Shown here one piece after another: positions 41,887 through 53,214 of a DNA stretch of 64,000 bases. Under the pieces are notes generated by a model that searched no databases, was not told where the DNA came from, and saw only the letters and a program-made list of their open reading frames with translations. The first letter of the stretch is position 1; every line of letters starts with the position of its first letter. Position numbers and translations under genes: made by a program. Source of the DNA: Opitutales bacterium. Lineage in GTDB: Bacteria; Verrucomicrobiota; Verrucomicrobiia; Opitutales; UBA2987. The DNA is taken from contig CBDDEL010000009.1 in assembly GCA_965226885.1 (NCBI GenBank), positions 1 to 64,000 on the forward strand. The letters run 5' to 3'.

Positions 41887-43657
41887 TATATAGTCAACTA
41901 ATTGTTCGCCATTATCGTCGAATAAAAATCCATATTGATACTCCCATTGTACGTGCTTTCTTTTTTTGATTAACGATAGATACTTTTTTAAGTCATCATC
42001 TTCCTTCATTCCGATGAACTCTCTTAAGTCTTTTCTTTTTTTCATGTAGATAAATTGAGACACTACTTTGTCCCATTGATGTGCACTGGAAAAAGTGGAC
42101 ACGAGATTCTCCTAAATGGAGAATCGAAGCATGGGAAGAAGACGCTTTAGTATAGAGTTCAAAAATGAGGCAGTTCAACTGATGATACTCGATGGTCTGA
42201 GCGCCACCGAGGTATCGACCAAACTTGGGGTCAACACCAACCAATTGTATAGGTGGAAGAGGCTCTATCTGGACGATCAGCAGGGCGAAGCCACCTCAAA
42301 GCGACAGAGCAGTCCGAAGGAGATGGCGGCCGAGATAGATCGTCTTCGCAAAGAGCTGCGCCGCTCGGAGCGGATCAACCAGATACTAAAAAAAACGGTG
42401 GGCTACTTTGCCAAGGACGAACAATGAAGTACCAGTTTGTCAAAGACAACGAGGGGCGCTTCAAGATCGAGGAAATATGCTCGGCGATGGGGATTTGTCG
42501 CAGTGGCTATTACTGCTGGAGGCACCGAGCGCCCTCGGCCCGGCGGATCGAGGACGAGGGAATCAAGGGGGCGATCCTGAAGGTACACAAAGAGGCCAAG
42601 GGCCGCTATGGGCATCGGCCAATGCACCGCCATCTGAAGGATGATGAGGGCATCGATTGCGGCCGTGACCGGGCTCTGCGTCTGATGCGTGAAATGGGAA
42701 TCAAAAGCACCCAGAGTAAACGCTTTAAGCCATTAAAAACCAACAGTAACCATCCCTATGGTTACAGCCCCAATGTGCTTAAAAAGCATGGCCAGCCGAC
42801 CCATATCGACGAGGTCTGGGTGGCGGACACGACCTACCTACGGACCCTGGCCGGTTGGATGTACTTGGCCACGGTGATGGACCTGTTCAGCCGACGCCTG
42901 CTGGGCTGGAGCGTTTCCAACCACAACGACGCGAAGCTGGTTGGCAAGGCCCTCAAAGCCGCGGCCATGACCCGCGGCACACTGCGCACCGGGATTATTC
43001 ATCACAGCGATCGGGGCAGCCCCTACGCCAGCGACGACTATCAGAGGCTGGTCTCTGAACTAGGCATGAAGCCGAGCATGAGCGCCCAAGGCAACTGCTA
43101 CGACAACGCGGCCATGGAATCGTTCTACGGCCGCTTCAAGACCAGCACGATTCGAGGCCGCCACTTTGCCGACGAGCGCGAACTGCGATCAACTGTCTTC
43201 GAATACGTGGAAATCTTCTACAACCGATATCGCAAACATTCCTCTCTGAGTTACCAAAGCCCAGTCCAATTCGAGGAAAATATTTGCCCCCCATGGGGGG
43301 CAACGAGAAAACAAAACCCTTTACCAAAACAAGCCGCCTGACACACTAATCAATAAACAATGAATATAAGAGAATCCCGTGTTCAACAAATCCAGTACAC
43401 GTCACATGATTACGCACGATGGTGAACTTGAAAAATTTTTCAAAAATTTCATCACCCACTTCTTTTTGGATCTGACTTGCCAAGAGGTGCTGCAATCCCC
43501 CGGTTTGGTACTTATTATGATTAGTATCCCCGGTCCCCATCCAAAGATTGCTTTCTGCCCGGTTTTTTTTATTAAACGGCCAAATCATATTCTCAATACT
43601 GGAGCCCCCCGTTTTTGGAATGTGAACAAAAATACAATTGTGCTTGTATGAAATCAT
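41887..43657 (-). pseudogene. Sulfotransferase family 2 gene cassette, split by IS3 and 3'-truncated
   Basis: IFVHIPKTGGSS (PAPS-binding) and FKFTIVRN before the IS3; WDKVVSQF...LVDYI after it. Confidence 0.85.
42077..43404 (+). mobile_element. IS3-family element type 2, copy 1 (orfA 42116-42427, orfB 42424-43341)
   Basis: TGATGTGCACTGGA.../...TCCAGTACACGTCA ends; 3-bp TSD CAT; WVADTTY, HSDRGS and DNAAMESF motifs. Confidence 0.93.
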
Positions 43658-43683
43658 TTTACTGGTTACTATTCCTATTTGAA

Positions 43684-43741
43684 GCCTAACGTTGCGGATC
43701 ACGCGCGCTGTCAAGCGTCGCCTGCATCCAGCTTGTTGGGC
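43684..43741 (-). other. Integron attC site (58 bp)
   Basis: Minus strand GCCCAAC-AAGCTGGATGCAG-GCGACGCTTGACAGCGCGCG-TGATCCGCAAC-GTTAGGC: RYYYAAC/GTTRRRY ends and an imperfect palindrome with unpaired bases. Confidence 0.8.
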
Positions 43742-43885
43742 TTTCCTTTGAGTCTCGTTTCATATAGCAATTTGCAGTCCACTCCCTTAAGCGAATACAC
43801 ACGCAGGTCGACTAACGGTAGATGTTCATCGGCCACATTGGCAATCCACTGCCGTGACTTGTTAGGTGATGACCAGTATGTTCCG

Positions 43886-44185
43886 CTAACATTCATAGGT
43901 CGCGATAATCGTTGTATCAGTAACTGACTTCTCAAAATGCCTTTGTTTGATCTTGAGATACTCATCGTTTGAGAAGAATAAATTCATCGAGCCTTTGTTC
44001 GAAAAATAAATCGTGAACACTCGATTGATCGGGGCGTCTGTCTTAGACTTGAGAACTTCAGAAACCCTGAAATCGTAGCCAAATCCAGCGCCATAGTTTT
44101 TAAGAATTGGCATCATTTCATCCCGATAAGATTGATATACCTCATCGTCTACGACGTTTAAACCAACTAGCATTTCTAAAGCCAA
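43886..44185 (-). CDS. DUF1330-like small protein (gene cassette)
   Basis: AT-rich 99-aa ORF beginning just after a GTTAGTT core and followed by ACCTAACAAG. Confidence 0.7.
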   Translation of the reverse strand: MALEMLVGLNVVDDEVYQSYRDEMMPILKNYGAGFGYDFRVSEVLKSKTDAPINRVFTIYFSNKGSMNLFFSNDEYLKIKQRHFEKSVTDTTIIATYEC

Positions 44186-44208
44186 ATCATTTTACCTTCA
44201 CTTCATTC

Positions 44209-44254
44209 AACTAACGCAGGCGTTGGCGATCCGGACTTGATGGTGTTGTTATGT
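44209..44254 (-). other. Short or degenerate attC site
   Basis: ACATAAC-AACACCATCAAG...GTTAGTT; the GNAT stop codon lies within ACATAAC. Only 46 bp, probably internally deleted. Confidence 0.55.
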
Positions 44255-46143
44255 TTCTCTTATTAAACCAGATTCAATAGCTTGCTTTTGGTTACGAAAA
44301 ATTGCCATCGCCGTATTCATTTTATGGAATCCCAGTTTGCTATAAAAGCCCTCTTTTCCTGGGTTAGCGTATAAAATAATTTTTTTGTGACCTTCTGATA
44401 GTGCCACTAACTTTTCAATGATTTTTTTACCAAGTTTTAAGCCTTGGTATTCAGGGTGGACCGCAACATCACATATAAAAGAACAATCCACACCATCAGC
44501 TAAGGCTCGCCCTACACCTACTAGCCCGGATATTTCATGAAGGGTAAAGTTTGGCTCGTTATTGCTATTGGAGATGGATTTCTTTGTATTTTGAGCAGAT
44601 CGTCTTGATTTTTAGGTGTTTTTCAGGGTGTAGAGACACTGCCCCCTTTCCCCCATTGGTTCGGTAGTGCCGGGGGCAGCACCAATGCACCCTTTAGGTT
44701 GGCACCAATCGGCGGGCCGCATGGTTGAAAAGACTGGCCCAAGGATAACTCTCACTTAGGTGAAAGTGAATCGTTCGGGTGTTGCGCACGATGACCGCTC
44801 CGATCTTGATTAATTTGAGCCGCAGGGTGTGGCATTGGGCCCGCGCCCACTTCGTCCCTTTTAAGGCTAACCGGCGCATGGCTTCCATCAAGGTGTAGGC
44901 CAGCGCCGACAAGAGCAATCGCCACTGATTGGCCCACCATTGATGGGCGCTGGTGCGCTCGCTGAACAATTGCATCTGTTCCTTGATTCGGTTCTCCATT
45001 TCACCGCGGCCACAGTATACCTTGTCGTAAAGCTCCTGGGGATCGCCCGGCAGGTTCGTCACCACGAAGCGCGGGTTGGACCCCTGTGCGGTGTGTTCGG
45101 CTTTATGGATGACCAACCGCAGCCATCGCCACGAATCGGCAGCATAGACGAAGTCCTGGAATAACCGTTGTTTTTTACCCCTTAGTTCGAACCATTCTTT
45201 GGCCTGCTTTTGCAACTGCTGGGCGTCTTGCTGCAAGCGTGCATTGCGAGCCATCCCCACGATGTAACTAACTTCGTTGCGGTCGCACCAAGAGAGTATC
45301 CGGTCTCGACAAAATCCACTGTCGGCGCGCCAAATAATCCGCGTACGGGGCCAGCTTTGGCGAATCCGTTTAACCAGCAATTTGAGGATGGCCCCAGCAT
45401 GCTTGCTGGCATCGATCTTGCTCGGCCGCAGGTAGGCCACCAGCAGCTGATCACCGCAAAAAACATATAGCGGCAGAAAACAGTAATGATCATAATAACC
45501 GTGGAAAAAACGTCCCTCCTGGAGCCCGTGCACCGGATTGTCGGTGGCGTCAAAGTCCAGGATGATCTCTTCGGGTTCCTCGGCAAAGGAGCCCATGAAC
45601 TGTTCGACCAACAGCTCGTTTACCGCAAAGGCCGCCCGCCGATCCTGCCCGTTTTCAAAACGACACAAAGTCGGCGCGCTGGCCAACGTTTCAATGCGCC
45701 CCGTTACCGTTTGCAACAATGGATCGTGGCGCAGGGTATCAAAGTCGTTCAAATCCTCATAGCCCGCCACCAGCCCGTAAACGCGCTGCCGCAGCATCCC
45801 CAATACCTCATGGCGTACTTTGCCCTTCTGCCGTTTGTCCACTAACTGTCGGGCCGCTCGTTCGGTCAAGCCCAACTGCCGATCCACTTCCCGGATCAAA
45901 AGCAGTCCGGCATCCGAAGTAACCTCTCCGCCCTTGAAATCAACCCGCACACGGCGGCCTTTTACCCTTGTCAACTGTAGCTTTAATTGTTTACCTTTTG
46001 TCATCGCTGATATTGCTTTAATTATTGATCTATCCTGCTGTATATCAGCAGTTAAGCATATCAACGATACTTTTTTTACGAAATATCCGGGCTAGAGTAA
46101 AATTTGAATAGACAAAACATTTGAATTTACTGTTTGAAAATAC
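44249..46143 (-). pseudogene. GNAT acetyltransferase cassette split by IS1380 and 5'-truncated by IS1
   Basis: Rejoined at CTAG: VFSNSKFKCFVYSNFTLVGVGRALADGVDCSFICDVAVHPEYQGLKLGK...FYSKLGF. Confidence 0.85.
44525..46091 (-). mobile_element. IS1380 type 1, intact
   Basis: IRs CCCGGATATTTC; TSD CTAG. Confidence 0.94.
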
Positions 46144-48279
46144 GGTAGTGTATAAAAAAAGAATGTTATTTTGTATTTTTAGCTGTACAAATAGCGTTAG
46201 GCAGTTTATTCTTAGTGCATGGTTACTAAAATTATTAATTGTCGGCACTGTGGAAGTGAAAATATCATTAAATTTGGCAAGACGCCCAACCATAAACAGC
46301 GCTACCGCTGCCATGATTGTGGTAAACAAAGCCGCGAAAACCCCACAGTGAAATACACCGAAGAGCAAAAAGAAATGATCCTTCGAGTCTATCAGGAACG
46401 CAGCAGTCTACGCGGTTTACAGCGCGCCTTCGGGGTGAGTCCCAACACCGTTTTGAGTTGGTTAAAAAAAACGACAATCGCTGCGACCGCTCAAAAGCAC
46501 GATTCTTGCGGCCCGCCGCCATGATGTCATTGAACTGGACGAACTGTGGTCTTTTGTGGGGCGCAAGAGCGATGCCCAATGGGTTTGGATCGCTCTTTGC
46601 CGACGCACCCGTCAAATCCTCTCCTATGCCATTGGGCCTCGGGATTGGTATCGTTGCCGGGAACTTTACGAGCGTCTGCCACGGGCCTACAAAAGATGTG
46701 CCACCTACAGCGACTTTTGGAGCACTTATGATGAAGTCTTTCCTCATAACCGATCCGTGGGAAAAGAAACCGGTGAAACGGCCCATGTGGAACGATGGAA
46801 CAATACCCTGCGCCAACGACTGGGTCGTTTCACACGCAAAACCCTCTCCTTTGACTTTGACGTGTACTGGATTTGTTGGACACGGGATTCTCTTATATTC
46901 ATTGTTTATTGATTAGTGTGTCAGGCGGCTTGTTTTGGTAAAGGGTTTTGTTTTCTCGTTGCCCCCCATGGGGGGCAAATATTTTCCTCGAATTGGACTG
47001 GGCTTTGGTAACTCAGAGAGGAATGTTTGCGATATCGGTTGTAGAAGATTTCCACGTATTCGAAGACAGTTGATCGCAGTTCGCGCTCGTCGGCAAAGTG
47101 GCGGCCTCGAATCGTGCTGGTCTTGAAGCGGCCGTAGAACGATTCCATGGCCGCGTTGTCGTAGCAGTTGCCTTGGGCGCTCATGCTCGGCTTCATGCCT
47201 AGTTCAGAGACCAGCCTCTGATAGTCGTCGCTGGCGTAGGGGCTGCCCCGATCGCTGTGATGAATAATCCCGGTGCGCAGTGTGCCGCGGGTCATGGCCG
47301 CGGCTTTGAGGGCCTTGCCAACCAGCTTCGCGTCGTTGTGGTTGGAAACGCTCCAGCCCAGCAGGCGTCGGCTGAACAGGTCCATCACCGTGGCCAAGTA
47401 CATCCAACCGGCCAGGGTCCGTAGGTAGGTCGTGTCCGCCACCCAGACCTCGTCGATATGGGTCGGCTGGCCATGCTTTTTAAGCACATTGGGGCTGTAA
47501 CCATAGGGATGGTTACTGTTGGTTTTTAATGGCTTAAAGCGTTTACTCTGGGTGCTTTTGATTCCCATTTCACGCATCAGACGCAGAGCCCGGTCACGGC
47601 CGCAATCGATGCCCTCATCATCCTTCAGATGGCGGTGCATTGGCCGATGCCCATAGCGGCCCTTGGCCTCTTTGTGTACCTTCAGGATCGCCCCCTTGAT
47701 TCCCTCGTCCTCGATCCGCCGGGCCGAGGGCGCTCGGTGCCTCCAGCAGTAATAGCCACTGCGACAAATCCCCATCGCCGAGCATATTTCCTCGATCTTG
47801 AAGCGCCCCTCGTTGTCTTTGACAAACTGGTACTTCATTGTTCGTCCTTGGCAAAGTAGCCCACCGTTTTTTTTAGTATCTGGTTGATCCGCTCCGAGCG
47901 GCGCAGCTCTTTGCGAAGACGATCTATCTCGGCCGCCATCTCCTTCGGACTGCTCTGTCGCTTTGAGGTGGCTTCGCCCTGCTGATCGTCCAGATAGAGC
48001 CTCTTCCACCTATACAATTGGTTGGTGTTGACCCCAAGTTTGGTCGATACCTCGGTGGCGCTCAGACCATCGAGTATCATCAGTTGAACTGCCTCATTTT
48101 TGAACTCTATACTGCGTCTTCTTCCCATGCTTCGATTCTCCATTTAGGAGAATCTCGTGTCCACTTTTTCCAGTGCACATCACTTTTCCAAGCTTAAGAG
48201 TATGCATGAAACCTGTCTGAGACTTTTCATTCATCAATATAATCAAGAATTAGCCACCATTCCTACTTAATACACTACC
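46144..48279 (+). mobile_element. IS1 type A copy 3, interrupted by IS3; no matching TSD
   Basis: Both IRs present; flanks GAAAATAC and CAAACCCG differ. Confidence 0.9.
46858..48182 (-). mobile_element. IS3-family element type 2, copy 2
   Basis: Near-identical to 42077-43404 (3-bp deletion in orfA); TSD CTT. Confidence 0.92.
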
Positions 48280-48700
48280 CAAACCCGAACCGGACCTTCC
48301 GCCGAGGGTAAAACAAGTCGGGTTCGAAGACCTGCTGCGGGGTTCGGACGTGGTATCGATTCACATTCACCTGACCGAGGAGAACCAAAACCTTTTAGAC
48401 CGTCGCGCCTTACAGATGATGAAACCCGGAGCGGTGCTCATCAATACGAGCCGCGGAGCGATCATTGACGAGAGTGCTTTATTGGATGTCCTGCGCGACG
48501 GGCCCCTGGCGGGTGCGGGAGTCGATGTCATCTGTGGCGAGGATCGAGCGGATATGGGCAACCACCCGCTGGTGCAATACGCCCGGTCGCACGATAACCT
48601 GTTGATCTCTCCTCATATCGGCGGGGTAACGTTTGAACCGGTGACGCTCGTTTGCAAACGTATGGTGGAACGAATAGTGGCGTTCATGGAGGCAACCTGA
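48280..48700 (+). pseudogene. C-terminal remnant of a D-isomer-specific 2-hydroxyacid dehydrogenase
   Basis: SDVVSIHIHL, INTSRG, AGVDV and ISPHIGG motifs; N-terminal part missing at the IS1 end. Confidence 0.85.
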
Positions 48701-48752
48701 CTGGGCTTTATGGAGGCGTTTATCGATAAATGGTATTTATCGGTAATTTATT

Positions 48753-50327
48753 TCACGTGCTCCAAAAGGAATAGAGGCGAGCATTGTAGATATTGAATCG
48801 CAACGACACCGGAGCCCCTGAACGTACCGCCTGCAGTTGGTCCGGAGCGAGATCAAGCGTCTCGTCGAGCGAGTCGGCCCGGATTTCAAAACGGGTTCCA
48901 AGCGGCTTTCCGTGCCGGTCCAGCAATGTCACCCGGACCGAGCCGTAGGCGGCTTCGAGATTAAAGTGGAGGCTAGTCCCCAAACCGGTCAGCGGTTTTG
49001 TTAATATGACCCCTCCGTCGAAGCTGGCCCCGCAGGAAACAAAGCGGTCCCGTGGCACGGTTGCCAAACCTATGGCGGTTTCCTGGGGCCCTGTATCGTT
49101 GCCGAAGTAGGGCGAATGCCGCCGTGTTCGGCCACTATAATAGAACCGTACTTCGTCCCCCACGAACACCGGATGGGAGGCCATCGAAGTGTTGAACCGG
49201 TCCCACTCACCGATGCCCCCCAGAGGTATGAACGGCTGGCGGTCGTCCATCCGTTGCCATTTCTCCCCGTCGCGGCTGACGGCTAGTTGAATATCCAAAC
49301 CTATTCCTTCAGGAGAACCGTGGTAGATCTCCACCAAGCCGATAAAAAGCCCTTCATACGGAAACGCCGAAAGGAAATAGATTTCATCATAGGGAAGATC
49401 CTGTTCGTCGCATTTCAGCACCAATCCTTTTACCCGCCAATGCTCGAAATCGTCGCTTTCCACCAGGCGGGTGGCTCGACCCCAGTAAAAATCCCGGAAC
49501 CAGGGTTCCTCGCGTCGCTCCGCATACAGTCGTTCCGGAATGAAAAAATCGCGCCCGTAAAAAAGGTAACGCCGACGGTAGGGATCAAATGTCATATAAC
49601 CCATGTCATGGATTTCCGGTATCGCCATGCTGTTGGGACGTTGCCAGTGGATGCCGTCCGGTGAAGTGACGGTGCCCATGGCACGCGTTTGTGTGCTCAG
49701 AAACAGGCCCTTTTCGAAGACCTCCCGATACATCGCCACGAGATCGCCGCGGCCCCGGTTTTCCAGGTCGGCAAAGAGATCGGCATAACGCTCTTCGATG
49801 AAATGGACATGGGGCGAGGCCGGTCCCACCCGCTTGTACTTGTAAATCATCTTGTAGCGACGCGATTCGTCCGGGTCCTGTGGATCGTGAAGCACGGTGG
49901 TGAACTCGGTGAGGTTCGGGATGTCCGCCGGGCCAATCACACAGTTGGTCTTCTGTCCTTCGTACTCGACGATATCCAGTTCCGGCTTTTCCCAGCGAAG
50001 ACCATCGTCGGAGCGGGCGTAGCCGACGAACCCCCGGTCACCATACCTATCCCCGAATTTTCGCAGGCCGCCGCGCTTATCCCAGGTGAAATACCACATG
50101 CGATATCCTTCTTTGGGATCAAAGATCACCGATCCGTAGATGAGCGGGAGCCGGTCCCACGGCCGATCCGCTGTCACGATGGGGTTGGCGGCATACTTTT
50201 GGGCCGGTGTCACCTGGCGGATCACACCGTCACTCTCCGCTATGGCATGGTTGTCGAGGAAGAGTTGCCGGAACGCCCCTATGTCGACGGCCTCATCGGA
50301 CCCACTTGTGTTCGTCGACTGCGTCAT
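48753..50327 (-). CDS. Probable beta-propeller glycoside hydrolase-like protein
   Basis: Repeated Asp-box-like motifs ARSDDGLRW, TSPDGIHW, ESDDFEHW and VSRDGEKW; ATGA overlap with the upstream gene. Confidence 0.65.
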   Translation of the reverse strand: MTQSTNTSGSDEAVDIGAFRQLFLDNHAIAESDGVIRQVTPAQKYAANPIVTADRPWDRLPLIYGSVIFDPKEGYRMWYFTWDKRGGLRKFGDRYGDRGFVGYARSDDGLRWEKPELDIVEYEGQKTNCVIGPADIPNLTEFTTVLHDPQDPDESRRYKMIYKYKRVGPASPHVHFIEERYADLFADLENRGRGDLVAMYREVFEKGLFLSTQTRAMGTVTSPDGIHWQRPNSMAIPEIHDMGYMTFDPYRRRYLFYGRDFFIPERLYAERREEPWFRDFYWGRATRLVESDDFEHWRVKGLVLKCDEQDLPYDEIYFLSAFPYEGLFIGLVEIYHGSPEGIGLDIQLAVSRDGEKWQRMDDRQPFIPLGGIGEWDRFNTSMASHPVFVGDEVRFYYSGRTRRHSPYFGNDTGPQETAIGLATVPRDRFVSCGASFDGGVILTKPLTGLGTSLHFNLEAAYGSVRVTLLDRHGKPLGTRFEIRADSLDETLDLAPDQLQAVRSGAPVSLRFNIYNARLYSFWST

Positions 50328-51446
50328 TGTAACCACCGCTCCATAAAACCGTAGGTTTCCGCGCCGTTCCATCCGTGCGGACCCTCAAAGAGATAGTAGT
50401 GCAGCCGATTTCCGGCACCGAGAAGATCATAGGCCTGACGGGCTATCGCCACCTGCTCCGTCGATGTGGCCGCACCCCGCTCGCCACACAACAGGTCCTG
50501 TGTCCCTGTTTCGATCAGTAAAGGACGCGGCGCGATCACGGCGGCGATGTCTCCGGCATCGAAATACTCGAATAGGGGCGGGACGTAGCTACAGTCACAG
50601 CGAATTTGTTTGAGGAGGGAATCTCTGAATCCGAAGAAGTTGCCGCTTATTACCGCCAACTTGACGCGCTCGTCCAGCGCTGTAAACCACAGCGTCTGTA
50701 GACCACCACCCGATGAACCGACACAAGCCAGGCGTTCCGGATCGCAATCAATGCGTTCGTTGATAATGTAGTCCGCCAGGCGCATCAAGTCCCACGTCCA
50801 CATTCCGATCACCGTTTGTCCGAGTCCCGCGGCCATCCGTGCAAGGATCGAACAGCTGTTGCGGACCGCGCTCGCTTCGTCGTCACCAGCATTGCGCACC
50901 TCGCCGCCTTGGCGGTGAATTTCCCTCCGCTCGCCGAATCCGCGGGCGTCGGGGCAGAAAACTATGTACCCGCGCCGGCATAACTCTACGCCATAGTCTT
51001 CCTTGCCTGCGCGGTTCCTTGCCTGCGCGGGACTCCAGTATTTCCCGTACTTTCGGAATATCTGTCCGCCCCACCGTCCGGTACTTGCCTATGCCGCCGT
51101 GCCCGTGCGCCGCGATCACACATGGGAGTCGCGCCGGCGCCCGGTAATCTCCGGGGATGAGAACATAGAGAGGCATCCACACTCCCGGTTCGGTTTGTAG
51201 CAGGATTCGTTGTCGGCGTATCCCCTCGACCTCTACCTCCTCGGTGCATTCCGTCTCTGGCTCGCACCGCTCCATGCGGTCCAGACCGCTCAGTTCCCAA
51301 AGAAAGCCAAGGGCTTCGCCCCTCCATTTTCGAAACGCCGATTCCGAACTTGCGTCCACCGGAAAGCGGCGCGCCCGCCTGGCGAATTCATCAAGTAAAT
51401 GGTCTACCGATCCGTAAAAACGGTCGAAATGTATGGTTCGGCTCAT
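50324..51446 (-). pseudogene. Alpha/beta hydrolase (dienelactone hydrolase/acetylxylan esterase-like), frameshifted by a 16-bp duplication
   Basis: AHGHG, PDARGFGER, GSSGGG nucleophile elbow and IAPRPLL motifs. TTCCTTGCCTGCGCGG is duplicated at 50999-51030. Confidence 0.85.
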
Positions 51447-51832
51447 TGGGCTCAACCCTAGAACCCGGCCTCTATCCTGTCAAGTTAGCCTGTGCCCAGG
51501 CTTGTCGAAACGGATGCACAATGCCCCGACGACAGTCGGCGGAAACAAAGGATAAGACGTTTCACTTGTAGGTTCAAGTTATGTCTTCAAGGTTAAAGAA
51601 TTGTTCTCAGAAGCATTGGCTAAGTATATGGGAATGTAATGAATGCGTCATGGATCTGAGTGGTAAGCAGAAAGCAAATCGGTAGCTACCATAGCGTTTT
51701 CGATCACTTTAAAGGAGAGTTCGTATCGCCGGGAAAGCGCAAGCCCCGAAATATCCCGATATAGAATGAAATTACAACGATCTCAAAACGCTGTAATTAG
51801 TTTATAAACAGGGGTTAAGATTTTGGGTAAAA

Positions 51833-51909
<77 letters not shown>

Positions 51910-52252
51910 ATTGTGTTTATAGGCCGGTATTTAAAGTTGAAGAGTTTGCATTAGAAGAGCTTTGTTTGTGAATTCAAGCTTATTTTGACAATTTAAATTT
52001 TTTTGTCATGGGTGAGCCGAGGACCCGCGCGGGCTTGGCGAAATTGTCACTTTCTGCTTGCTATTGGTGCCGGGCGGGGTATTTCTGGCGGTTGCTTTTC
52101 GAGAGGATTGCTCATTGATTGGGTAGCTCTTTCGATTAATAACTTAATCTTCAACTCTTATTACGCCAAAGTTCTCCGGTTCTCCGGGTTTGCGCCCATG
52201 GGAGAGCTGCTTCCTCTATATAATATGAGGGGCGTTTCCATAAAATTACATA

Positions 52253-53089
52253 ATGAACATAACTCTTAAAGACCTCCTGGATGCAGGATTGCATTTCGGG
52301 CACCAATTACGTCGTTACAACCCAAAATCCAAGAAATACATTTTCGACAATCGCCACGGAATCTCGATTATCGACCTGGAAATAGCTTACGGCAAACTGG
52401 AGGAAGCCACCCAATTCGTGGAGGAGCTGGCCAAGACCAGCCAGAAGATTCTTTTTGTCGGTACCAAGCGGCAAGCCAAGGAAATCATCCGGGAAGCGGC
52501 TATTCAATGCCAGATGCCTTATTGCGCGAGCCGTTGGCTGGGAGGCACTTTGACTAATTTTGCCACCATCAAAAACAGCATGGCAAAGTATCGAAAATAC
52601 CTGGCCATGGAGGCGGACGGCAGCCTGGATAAAACACATAAAAAGGAAGCCGCCGCCATACGTCGCGATATGAGCCGCATGCATCGCAATTTCGAGGGTA
52701 TTATCGATATGACCGACCTTCCGGCGGCGATGTTTGTCATCGACACCAAGCATGAGCAAATCGCCGTGGCAGAAGCCAACCGGCTGGAAATTCCGGTCAT
52801 CGGCCTGGTTGATACAAATTCCGACCCCACCATTATCAACTACCCCATTCCGGGCAATGACGATTCTTCGAAATCAGTCCGTTTGATTGTCGAGGTGATA
52901 ATGGAAGCAGTGCAGGATGGCATTGCCCGGCGGCAGGCACCTCAGGCAAACCAGGGGCTGGCCCCTATGTTGAGGGATGAAGCCAAGGAGGAACAACTGC
53001 CCGTGACCCCAATGGCCCCGATGGCCTCTATGGCCGACGCGCCGGTGGTTTCCGAGATTCCCGAATCTTATTCCACGGACCAGGATTAA
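52253..53089 (+). CDS. rpsB: 30S ribosomal protein S2
   Basis: LLDAGLHFGH, RWLGGTLTN and DTNSDP...PGNDD motifs. Confidence 0.98.
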   Translation: MNITLKDLLDAGLHFGHQLRRYNPKSKKYIFDNRHGISIIDLEIAYGKLEEATQFVEELAKTSQKILFVGTKRQAKEIIREAAIQCQMPYCASRWLGGTLTNFATIKNSMAKYRKYLAMEADGSLDKTHKKEAAAIRRDMSRMHRNFEGIIDMTDLPAAMFVIDTKHEQIAVAEANRLEIPVIGLVDTNSDPTIINYPIPGNDDSSKSVRLIVEVIMEAVQDGIARRQAPQANQGLAPMLRDEAKEEQLPVTPMAPMASMADAPVVSEIPESYSTDQD

Positions 53090-53099
53090 CCAAAATCTA

Positions 53100-53146
53100 C
53101 CTTTTCCTCCCAACCCTCGCGTCGCGGGGAATCATTGGGGGAAGGG
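53100..53146 (+). terminator. Hairpin between rpsB and tsf (attenuator/terminator-like)
   Basis: CCTTTTCCTCCCAA...TTGGGGGAAGGG inverted repeat; no clear U-tract. Confidence 0.35.
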
Positions 53147-53214
53147 TGTGGAGTTTTCAGATTTTTCAAACCGGAATTTATAGATAGGTATAGAGAGAAT
53201 TTAATAAACCAGAT

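Noticed and set aside
53007..53036. PMAPMASMA repeat in the S2 tail
   Set aside because: Degenerate 9-bp repeat in a normally variable low-complexity tail, not an exact recent duplication.
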